This document shows, piece by piece, positions 38,497 through 47,185 of a stretch of DNA of 64,000 nt; positions within the stretch are counted from its first letter, which is position 1, and each line of letters opens with the position of its first letter. The translations under genes were made by a program, and so were the position numbers. Source of the stretch: a virus (Duplodnaviria; Heunggongvirae; Uroviricota; Caudoviricetes). Location of the stretch: IMG/VR virus record IMGVR_UViG_3300042401_002002, one strand, 5' to 3'. The notes below the pieces were generated by a model. It saw only the letters and a list, made by a program, of their open reading frames with translations. It searched no databases and was not told the origin of the DNA.

Positions 38497-38619
38497 ACGC
38501 AAGGGCGGATTGTTCCAAACGGGACATGAAACAGATAGAGGGTTAGCAGTTAACCCAGTGTGAGTTCAAAGTCCACGAAAAGAGAGTAATGGTATTATAT
38601 ACCATGAAATTTTGAACTG
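38495..38619 (+). ncRNA. Putative TnpB omega/reRNA scaffold derived from the IS right end
   Basis: 125-bp segment starting at the tnpB stop; repeated inverted at 42134..42258 with about 92% identity, and homology ends sharply at ...gaaattttgaactg. Confidence 0.45.
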
Positions 38620-38777
38620 TAGTAATAATAGTTGTAATACATTCATGTTATTCGTTTATTGATGAAAAGATAAACGGAAAAACTATAGAATCAAAAATGA
38701 TAGTTAAACCGGATTATAGGTTAGAAACAAACGGTAAAAATATTGATACAATTTATATTTACAAATTTGAATAGTTT

Positions 38778-39380
38778 ATGAAAGAATTTAAAAATATCCA
38801 AGAAAAATATACATCAATGTATTCTGTACCACAAAACATTAATTACAAAATTATATGTTTTGAATACTTAATCAAATTATATATTGATTGGTACAATGAT
38901 GTTAATAGTTCAAATATCGATTATACACAACATTTTAATAAACTAGCACTTAATAAGTTATTATTCTTTACCTCAGCTGTAGGTACAAATAGAAATAATG
39001 ATAACAACGGTTTATTAGATATATTTGATAATTTTTATGCAGCACCATTTGGACATCTGGAGGATGATGTTAATAGTAACTTACGGTTAATTAAATGTAT
39101 TAAGTTTGAATACAATAGTATAAGAAAATTTAACCAACCCAATACATTATATTTTGATAAGATTTCACCAGAAATAAAACAAAGGTTAACAGATGCTGTT
39201 CAATTATTAAGAAAACAAAATGAAACATTAGTATTATATAAACCTTACGAGTTATATGAACTTTCACATGAATATTATTTCTGGAAGTCAACATATAAAT
39301 TTGCTCAATCAATTGGTATGTCTTATTTAGCTATCTCAACAAGTTTAATTAAAACAGAAGAAAAGTTTTTTAGTAAATAA
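38778..39380 (+). CDS. Hypothetical protein
   Basis: 200-aa ORF. Confidence 0.5.
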   Translation: MKEFKNIQEKYTSMYSVPQNINYKIICFEYLIKLYIDWYNDVNSSNIDYTQHFNKLALNKLLFFTSAVGTNRNNDNNGLLDIFDNFYAAPFGHLEDDVNSNLRLIKCIKFEYNSIRKFNQPNTLYFDKISPEIKQRLTDAVQLLRKQNETLVLYKPYELYELSHEYYFWKSTYKFAQSIGMSYLAISTSLIKTEEKFFSK

Positions 39381-39383
39381 AAG

Positions 39384-39512
39384 ATGAAACTTAAGATAAT
39401 AATTACAGGTTTTTATAATGCTAAATCTAAATTTCAACTAACCAAATTTGTAGGTTATTTTGGTATTGGAAACACATGGTCAAATAATTTAAGAATTTAC
39501 TCAAGATATTAG
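39384..39512 (+). CDS. Solo mini-gene family member (locus C)
   Basis: MKLKIIITG...NTWSNNLRIYSRY. Confidence 0.45.
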   Translation: MKLKIIITGFYNAKSKFQLTKFVGYFGIGNTWSNNLRIYSRY

Positions 39513-39521
39513 GTTTATTAA

Positions 39522-39550
39522 AACCTTTTATTTAATTTTACGTTATAAAT
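39522..39550 (+). promoter_or_regulatory. Class-A promoter (aaccttttatTTAATTTTACGTTataaat)
   Basis: Motif family. Confidence 0.5.
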
Positions 39551-39558
39551 AAAAATAT

Positions 39559-39795
39559 ATGGAAGGACAAACATTAAAGCAATGGGCAGAAGGTAATCTA
39601 AATAAAAATTGTATTGGAGAATACGAATTTAAACCTTCAGATATTTTACAAAATGAATTATCTAAAATAAATAATACAGATATTATTGTAAATCCAAATG
39701 ATTCATATATCACTAATAGACAATTCGGTAAACTTAGTCTAGTAAGTCGTGAATTAGAAATAGCTATTAAATTACTTAAAGAGAATAAATTATGA
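39559..39795 (+). CDS. Hypothetical protein
   Basis: 78-aa ORF. Confidence 0.45.
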   Translation: MEGQTLKQWAEGNLNKNCIGEYEFKPSDILQNELSKINNTDIIVNPNDSYITNRQFGKLSLVSRELEIAIKLLKENKL

Positions 39796-39986
39796 AAAAC
39801 ATAACATTTGTAGATTCAGATAAATTAAAGGAATCTCAAGAAACTATTGGTGGAATTTTAACTGGTATCGAATATAGAATTAAAAACCCTGATACAGGTA
39901 GAATAACCGAACAAGAGTTATTTAACTTATGTTTAGAATTAAGGGAACAACAAAAAGAAATGATTTTAGGGAATATTAAAATATAA
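39792..39986 (+). CDS. Hypothetical protein
   Basis: 64-aa ORF with an ATGA overlap upstream. Confidence 0.4.
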   Translation: MKNITFVDSDKLKESQETIGGILTGIEYRIKNPDTGRITEQELFNLCLELREQQKEMILGNIKI

Positions 39987-40120
39987 TCATGAACAATTTA
40001 GAAATAATATTACAAGAATTCGTGCAGTGGTGCAGCGATAATAGTGAAGATGCATTTGATATCTTCGATAATACTGATAAAATGATTGAACGATTCCTAG
40101 AAGAAAGAGATAACTAAACT

Positions 40121-40576
40121 ATGAAAAATATGCAAGAAGAATTAATGGACCTTTTCTTTAAATTAAAAGAATTGAACCCAAACATTAAATTAACAGGTAG
40201 TTTAGCCTTAAACTTACAAAATGTTAAAACCAGAACGGAACCAAACGACTTAGATGTTTATTTACCACTTGGTGAAGAACTAAACATGTTAGAAGGATTT
40301 GAAGAAACTGAACAAGAAGATTATCCTGAAGAAGACTATAATTTGTTTCAGTATTCTAACAACAAAATAAAAATAGATGTATTTCAACCAACTAACAAAT
40401 TGGAATACGGTATCAGTAAAATCATATCTTACAAAGATGTAAAAATTAATGTTATAAAAACACCTGTTATTCTAAGACATAAATTTAATCACGCATTCTC
40501 TATTAACAGCACAACAAATGTTTGTTTCAAACAAACGCAAGACCTAGGTTATATCTTTACGAATTTATGGACTTAA
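40121..40576 (+). CDS. Minimal nucleotidyltransferase-fold (Pol-beta superfamily, MNT-like) protein
   Basis: LTGSLALNLQNVKTRTEPNDLDVYL matches hG[GS]x9-13D[LI]D. Confidence 0.5.
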   Translation: MKNMQEELMDLFFKLKELNPNIKLTGSLALNLQNVKTRTEPNDLDVYLPLGEELNMLEGFEETEQEDYPEEDYNLFQYSNNKIKIDVFQPTNKLEYGISKIISYKDVKINVIKTPVILRHKFNHAFSINSTTNVCFKQTQDLGYIFTNLWT

Positions 40577-40899
40577 TAGACAAAATTAAACTAGAAAAAA
40601 GTTTCAAAATCACAATTGATAATGAAACTTATAAATGTATCATTAAAACTGGAACCATTTATTATTTTGTTGATATCTCAATAATAAAACAATGTAACTT
40701 GTTTGGTTTTAAATTTACTTATTCAAAATTTATGGGATATGTTTGTAGTGATATGGAATTCCCAATACCTTTAACTAATACTGACCAAGACTGGATAAAC
40801 ATTAATAAAGCAATAGAAATAGTCAAAAAAGGTTTAAGCAAATTTGTAAGTAAAAAATATAAACACTTAGAACATATTGTGGTTAAAGACTCGTTATAA
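40567..40899 (+). CDS. Hypothetical protein (start taken at the ATG overlapping the upstream stop; track ORF 40522)
   Basis: MDLIDKIK... ORF. Confidence 0.4.
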   Translation: MDLIDKIKLEKSFKITIDNETYKCIIKTGTIYYFVDISIIKQCNLFGFKFTYSKFMGYVCSDMEFPIPLTNTDQDWININKAIEIVKKGLSKFVSKKYKHLEHIVVKDSL

Positions 40900-40901
40900 A
40901 G

Positions 40902-42102
40902 ATGAAATTAAATATAAACAACGTAAGTTATTTAGAGTTTAATATAACAAATGGTATTGATGTTGTATCAGGTAGTTATAAAGGTGTTTTTAATACAAAT
41001 TATTGGTTAAACAATTTAATAATTTATGAAAGATGAAACTTACAATCAGTTCTTTTAGTAAACAGAAAATAATAAATTCATATATTTATCTTTCTTTACG
41101 AGGATATAGTGAAAAAATAGGACCACATTGGTATAATGAAATTTTAATTTACAAAAGATGAAATTAGAAATATTCAAAGGTCCTGGTCTAACTGGTGTTA
41201 GTCAATTTAAAAATACGTTTATTTATGATTTAATAACAGAAGGAATTAAAATTGATACATCAATTTGGATTAATGATTTAATAATTTCCATAAGATGAAA
41301 TTAATCATAGATAACAGAGTATTATATCGTCATGGTAAAATTACAGATTCATTCGCTCATGATATTATTACAGGGATTAACGCTGATAAAATAAATACTT
41401 TAGGTTGGTTAAACGAAATAACAATATTCACAAGATGAAATTAAAAATTGACATCCAAACCCGTGAAATTAATTCATTTAATTATAGTAATTTATATGTG
41501 AGTTATTTAAAATATCCGTATCATAAAATAAACTTAAATTGGTTAAATGAAATGACAATATTCAGAAAATGAAACTCATATTATATTATAAAGAATCTGA
41601 TTACAGTTTTAAAGATTCACCACATTTTCAAGCCTTAATTGATTGTAATACAATAACAAGTAATAAAGGTTGGGTCAATTACATTATAACATTTAAAAGA
41701 TGAAACTCACAATATACAATAGAAGTTACGTTGATTTTAATAGAACAGGTTATTATAAAATAATAACAACTGATTATGTAAAAATAGACCACTATGATTA
41801 TTGTAACTATATTTTAATAATGAAGAGATGAAACTAAAAACATTATTTTATCCAGACACCTGGGTTTTTACACAATCTGAGAAATACAGGTTATGTAATT
41901 CAGAACTGGAATATAAAATTAAACGACTAGATGTTTGGACCAATAACATACATATATTTGTAAGATGAAACTTACGGTAGAAACAGATTATGGAAACTTT
42001 GTACCAGGACGACCTGATTATGATTTACTAACAGGTTCATTTGAAAATGAAAAAATATCAATAGAATATTGGTGCAACTTGTTGGTTATTTATACGAGAT
42101 AA
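40902..42102 (+). other. Locus D of the mini-gene family: tandem array of 9 complete mini-ORFs (starts 40902, 41033, 41158, 41295, 41435, 41569, 41700, 41828, 41965), with a 10th truncated at 42107..42151
   Basis: Units of 129-144 nt, eight joined by ATGA overlaps. Conserved N-terminus MKL.I and C-terminus W.N.[IL].I[YF].R with a variable middle. Confidence 0.6.
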
Positions 42103-42133
42103 AAAGATGAAATTAAAAATACACGATAGAGAA

Positions 42134-42258
42134 CAGTTCAAAATTTCATAGTATTTTATACCATTACTCTCTTTTCGTGGACTTTGACCTCACACTGGGT
42201 TAACTGCTAACCCTCTATCTGTTTCATGTTCCCTTTGGAACAATCCACCCTTGCGTTT
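42134..42258 (-). mobile_element. Inverted solo copy of the IS607 right-end / omega-RNA-scaffold sequence, inserted into mini-gene unit 10
   Basis: The reverse complement matches 38495..38619 apart from about 7 substitutions and a 2-3-bp indel near the AT-rich distal end. The mini-gene reading frame breaks exactly at its edge. Confidence 0.6.
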
Positions 42259-42679
42259 GTTTTATGTCACTTAACTTATTTGATTCAACAAGCTACGCTT
42301 GTTGTCTTGTTATATTGTGACGATTCTAAAACACTCTTGCGTTTTACGTTTACGAGAACAAAACCTTCAGGTTTTGATTTGTAAACAACCTAATACCACT
42401 ATGTCAAATAATCAACAACCTTTTGTTGTTGAGCAAACAAAGGTACTAATTTAAAATGATAGAACAAAATAAATTAGTACTTTATTTTAAATAGTATATT
42501 TTAAATAAAACTTCTATAAAATTAAAGATTTATTGGTCGCTTTGACTACACCTCTACTTTAAAGATAGTGGTGCATGTTTCTTAATGTCCAAAGGCGGTA
42601 CTTATTATTTGTCGGTTATTAATGAAAATAATACGTTCATTAAATATAATTGGTTAAATAATATAACAATATATGACAA

Positions 42680-43711
42680 ATGAAATTAAAAATACATAAA
42701 ATAATTTATTATTCATTTACTGAATATCGTATTAGCACTTCACTAATAAAAGGTTTTACTAAATCAAAAGAAACCAAAGATTGGTTAAATTACATAACAG
42801 TTTATAATAGAAGAGAAAATGAAACTTAACATAGATAATAGAATTGAAATATTTAAAAAAACATTACTTTATGATGATATTTTTTTAAACCCAAAAACAA
42901 TTAAAATAGATTTATCAGGTTGGTTTGAAATAACTATATTTATAAGATGAAATTAAAAATTGATTACAAAATAATGGTACACCACAGATTTACTGTAGAA
43001 ATATTTTGTAAATCTAACTGGTTTATTCCTGAATACTGGATTAATAAAATTATTGTTTTTGAAAGATGAAACTTAACACACTACACAAAGAGTATAATTT
43101 TAATGATACAAATATGTATGTATTTCTGGTAACAAGCAAAATAAGAACCGTTACTGCATTGTCATTAAAAACAATTTTTAATAAGTTAATTACTTACGAA
43201 AGATGAAATTAGAAATAACTAAATCAGTACATAACTTCAAGAATACATTTACTCTTGAAATATTGTTAAATAAATTCACAGCACAAATAACTCATTCAGC
43301 CTGGTGCAACACAATAGATGTTTATATAAGGTAAATTTATGAAATTAAAAATTCAAAACACAGATTGGTTTCTTGAATTCACAGGTTATCATCCACTTAT
43401 AACAGGTGGATATACAAAACCACAACCACCAATTTCAAAAAACTGGACCAACAAATTAACATTATTTATACGATGAAACTTATTACAGAAAATAAACAAT
43501 ATAATTTTAATAATACCAGAACAAGTTCATTTCTGATATCCGGTAAAATAAGAACTGTTACAGCATTGTTAATTAAAACAAATATTAATAAGTTAATTAC
43601 TTACGAAAGATGAAACTTAAAATTTGGTACCACAATCACAACTTTAAAAATACAAACGTATATATTTCATTAACCATCGGTTATAGTTGTAAAATAAATC
43701 ATGACAACTGA
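42680..43711 (+). other. Locus E of the mini-gene family: 8 mini-ORFs (42680..42829, 42819..42950, 42947..43069, 43066..43206, 43203..43334, 43339..43476, 43473..43613, 43610..43711)
   Basis: Same MKL.I / W.N.I.I(Y/F).R architecture. Units 15 and 18 are close paralogs (..SKIRTVTAL..KT..NKLITYER). Confidence 0.6.
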
Positions 43712-43789
43712 CTTAATACATTATTTGTTTTTAAAAAAATAATAAATTCGTAACAATAAAAGTATTAAGTTTAAAAACCGTATTTTTCT

Positions 43790-44320
43790 GGAAAAAAAAT
43801 TTTTGAGGACCCGGAATAAATATGCGTTTTGGAAATTGCTGGTGGTATTTTGGTTACAAACGATATTAGTTATTTTTGTTTATTAAAATACATGCCAGCA
43901 TTACGATAAAAACAAATTAGTTGTTTTGTTTTATTGGTTTAGTTTATATCGGGAATATAAAACAATATTGGTTTAGAATTCAAAAAATTCTGGGAAAAAT
44001 TTTTTTGAAGATGGAAGAAGATTATAATAAGAACAGAATTAGTTGGTTTGTTTTATTGGGAATGTACCGGTATTAAAAAAAAAGAATAAATTAGAATATA
44101 AACAATATTTGTTATTTTTGTTTATTAGAATAATAATTATATTTGGAATACCTGTCAGTATTAAGAAAAGAATAAGATTGGTTGGTTTTATTGGAAATAT
44201 AAAAGTTATTCGGTTAGTTAGTTTAGAATTCAAAAATTTCTGGAAAAATTTTTTTGAAGATGAAGGAACAAGGTTGGTTTTGGTTGTTTCCCTGGGAAAT
44301 AAAAAACTAGATATTTTGTA
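43790..44320. repeat. Non-coding repeat region: degenerate direct repeats of about 130-250 bp carrying TTGGTT(T/G)GTTTTATTGG(G/A)AAT iterons and aattcaaaaaWttctggGaaaaatttttttgaagatg hairpins
   Basis: Three or four repeat copies read directly. The track ORFs 44039..44395(-) and 44043..44321(+) lie on the repeats and are considered spurious. Confidence 0.5.
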
Positions 44321-44391
44321 GAAGTGTAGCCCCAGCGACATAAACCCCTGTGTATCAGGGAGTTCCCTACGGGTACGGAGAAGTAGGTATA

Positions 44392-44583
44392 TCAAACCAA
44401 CCCACTATTATTCGCTCTATACCTATAATTGCAATTGTTATACAAGATTACATCATTAAGACTTATATAATCATTATTAATAAGTCTATTATAAAAGTCT
44501 CTATCTATTTGATTCATTTCAGTACCGTAGTTATTAACTATACACTTTGCTTTATATTTAAGGTTATTGAAGATGTTATTCAT
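44392..44583 (-). CDS. Hypothetical small protein
   Basis: 63-aa ORF; competes with the overlapping plus-strand ORF. Confidence 0.3.
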   Translation of the reverse strand: MNNIFNNLKYKAKCIVNNYGTEMNQIDRDFYNRLINNDYISLNDVILYNNCNYRYRANNSGLV

Positions 44584-44680
44584 ATTAGTATTAATTTAGC
44601 TTGTAATAAACGATAATAAGTATTAAGGTTAAAGTACCTACATTAGTATTATTGTTTAATGTAGGTACTTAAAATTGAAA

Positions 44681-45100
44681 TTAGTCCCAATTTAAATCAT
44701 TTTGTCTTATAATTTCTTTTTTGATTTTATCTAAATCAAAAGTAACTTTTGTAAATTTAGAAATTTCATTTAATACATTTTCTATATTAAAATTAGAATA
44801 TTCTATATCTATAATTGTTTGGTTTGGTTTATTGTCATTAAATTTCAATCTAATTAAATCGAAATCAAAGTCCCAAACGTACAAATCAATGCCACTTTTT
44901 AACCCAAAATCAATATAAAAAAAATCTTCTTCGCCTTCGTCGGATTCATTTTCATAATAGGCTGTTTTTGTAGATTGTCTAGTTTTTAGTGCAATCATTA
45001 ATTGCCACATAAAACCACTATGCAAAGGACTTGGATTAATATCTAAACCTAAATCAATTTTAATCATTTCAGAAGCGAATATTTGAGAAGGAGTTTTCAT
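44681..45100 (-). CDS. Hypothetical protein
   Basis: 139-aa ORF. Confidence 0.5.
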   Translation of the reverse strand: MKTPSQIFASEMIKIDLGLDINPSPLHSGFMWQLMIALKTRQSTKTAYYENESDEGEEDFFYIDFGLKSGIDLYVWDFDFDLIRLKFNDNKPNQTIIDIEYSNFNIENVLNEISKFTKVTFDLDKIKKEIIRQNDLNWD

Positions 45101-45393
45101 AGTCTTATAATTTTTAAAGTTTACAACCCTTGTAAACCAAACTTGGTATTAATACGGTGCAAAGTTTCATTTAGTTGTCAAAATTTTAAAAATCTTTGAA
45201 AGTTTATATAAAAACAACTAAATTAGTTCAATTATCTTTGTTTAGTGCAATTCTACCTCAAGATTAATATAAATTTGTATTATAAAAAGAACTTTCAACC
45301 AAAATAGGTTATTTTATATGAATATTCCGATATGACGCAACTTAATTTATTTAAATCCGATAGAGTACATATAACCATTAAATAAATAAGTTT

Positions 45394-45960
45394 ATGAAAA
45401 CGCAAATCAATTTCTCAAAGATTACTTTAGAAAAATTCAATTCATTATCTAATTTAGATAAACTTGAATTTTACCAATATTTATTTGAAAACAAAATTAC
45501 TTTTAATAGTTTTTTTGGTTTCAAATTGAAAAATAGTCATATCTTAGATACGTTTAAATTTTATGGTACAGATTTATTTGAAAGTAAATTTAATAATCTA
45601 TATAGAAACAATATAGATGAATATGAACTTTTAACTGATAAATCTTTGGACACTTTATTAAGTCAAAAAAGTGTAATTGATATTTTAATTGTTTGGCATA
45701 ATTTTAAAGAAAATATTATTGCTGACTTAATTTATGGTGAACAAGTTTTTAATGTAGCTATATGGAACTTTTTACCTAAAACAGTTAGGACTGAAATTGC
45801 ACAATATGTATTGGATTTTTGGGTTCATAAAAAAGAAACAACCCACAAAGATTGTAAATTTATTTATGATTTTATTAGAGAAGAAAAATTGAAAGCTAAT
45901 ACAATTGATAATGCTTTTGCAGAAATTGAGGATATGTTTCATGGGTGTTATGTAGATTAA
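45394..45960 (+). CDS. Hypothetical protein
   Basis: 188-aa ORF. Confidence 0.5.
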   Translation: MKTQINFSKITLEKFNSLSNLDKLEFYQYLFENKITFNSFFGFKLKNSHILDTFKFYGTDLFESKFNNLYRNNIDEYELLTDKSLDTLLSQKSVIDILIVWHNFKENIIADLIYGEQVFNVAIWNFLPKTVRTEIAQYVLDFWVHKKETTHKDCKFIYDFIREEKLKANTIDNAFAEIEDMFHGCYVD

Positions 45961-46500
45961 TACAAACCTAAATAACAATCTTTAAACCCAACTTTGTTTT
46001 ATACATTGTTGGGTTTTTTGTATTATAACATTGTTTTTTTTAGTTTAGTTAGTTCTATGACAATCGCTTTGTTCGGTTAACTTTTTTTCAGTCCTCTTAC
46101 TAGCTTGTTAGCGTTCATGCTACATTGTACGCAAATAAAACATTAAAGTTACAGTCTTTAATAACAAAGTTATATTTTATACATTGTTTATAACAATCTT
46201 TTATGACAAACTAAATTAGTTTTGTTGTTTTATACATTGTTTACATTCTATAAAACAAACTTTATTTTAATGAGTTTTAAGCGTACTTATTTAGTTGTTT
46301 AATACTTTGTATTGGTTTGTTATTAAAGTCTCTTAAAACTATCTAAAACCGCATTAAAATACATTGTTTTGATTAAGATTATATACATTGTTTATAACAT
46401 TGTTTTGACTTAACTAAATAAACAATCTTTAATAACAAACTTATTTAGTTTTATACATTGTTTTGACAATCTTTAATAACATTGTTTACTAATATAAATT
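45961..46500. repeat. Left arm of a large inverted repeat. The outer ~165 bp is near-identical to the right arm; the inner part is diverged with TATACATTGTT iterons (about 8 copies)
   Basis: The reverse complement of 48563..49030 aligns. Iterons were counted by eye. Confidence 0.6.
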
Positions 46501-46765
46501 AATCGCTTAAACCTACATAAATCGTACCTAAATCAATAATAGTGAATATATAATGACTATTGAATATTACAATATGTTTAGACACTACTTTATTTTTATT
46601 ATTAATGAAACAACCTTTGTCAATAAGTTGTATATTGGTTAAAGTACTATTATTAGAATAAAGTTTAAATTTATCTAATAAGGTAGTAATTATGTTTTGT
46701 TTGAAAATTGATAGTTCTTTAAGCATAGACAAACAAATTAAATAAGTTGGTTTAATACTAAACAA
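46499..46765 (-). CDS. Hypothetical protein; inverted paralog of 48317..48562
   Basis: ..KFKLYSNNSTLTNIQLIDKGCFINNKNKVVSKH..HYIF aligns with ..RFKKYSNNSNINSIKLIDKGCIINDKNKLVSLH..HYIF. Confidence 0.5.
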   Translation of the reverse strand: MFSIKPTYLICLSMLKELSIFKQNIITTLLDKFKLYSNNSTLTNIQLIDKGCFINNKNKVVSKHIVIFNSHYIFTIIDLGTIYVGLSD

Positions 46766-46855
46766 ATAAACTCATTTAGTTATATAATAAGTTTTAAGCA
46801 ACGCAAACAACAAACTGAATACTTTATATTATTTTGTTATTTGCGTTAAATGTAG

Positions 46856-47113
46856 TTAGTTATTCAAAGCAAGTTTTCTAATTTCATCATCAGACAAAGA
46901 AAACATTTTTTCACAACAAAACTCAATATTTTCAAACGTACAAACAACTCTAGCATAATCTTTATTAGCAAGTTGTTTTTTGAAATAATAAAGATAAACA
47001 TTAGGTTTTTTGGTTTCTTGTCGCATATAGCAATCAAAACCAAACAAATTAAGTTGATTTAATTCAGACCATTTAGGAACTGAAACGGTTTTGTTATTTT
47101 GAGTAGTAAACAT
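46856..47113 (-). CDS. Hypothetical protein; near-identical duplicate of 49900..50157
   Basis: 85-aa proteins differ at about 5 positions. Confidence 0.55.
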   Translation of the reverse strand: MFTTQNNKTVSVPKWSELNQLNLFGFDCYMRQETKKPNVYLYYFKKQLANKDYARVVCTFENIEFCCEKMFSLSDDEIRKLALNN

Positions 47114-47185
47114 ATACTTGATATTTTAGTTGGTTTAAACAAACCTAAACAAAATAAATTATTTAGGTTTTGTTATTTTGATTGT

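Larger units (their letters stand above)
36560..38619 (+). mobile_element. IS607-family insertion sequence (tnpA serine recombinase + tnpB); right end defined, left end approximate
   Basis: Gene pair typical of IS607 plus a right-end sequence that recurs inverted at 42134..42258. Confidence 0.6.

Noticed and set aside
40902-43711. CRISPR array, suggested by the regular ~130-bp periodicity of the AGATGAAAYT repeats
   Set aside because: The conserved repeat is only about 10-16 nt and degenerate, and unit lengths vary from 123 to 162 nt. Every unit is an intact ORF with conserved peptide termini and ATGA overlaps. This fits coding mini-genes, not repeat-spacer architecture.
44039-44395. ORFs 44039..44395(-) and 44043..44321(+) as genes
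   Set aside because: Both lie entirely on the degenerate direct-repeat/hairpin block, with repetitive low-complexity translations (IIIFGIP.., FLILTGIPNIIIILINKN).
46797-46844. Interpreting the 48-bp palindrome as a bona fide invertase-driven phase switch
   Set aside because: The invertible spacer would be only 18 bp, too short for known invertase synapses. Recombination between the 15-bp arms or hairpin evolution is at least as likely. It is reported as an observation, not as a switch.
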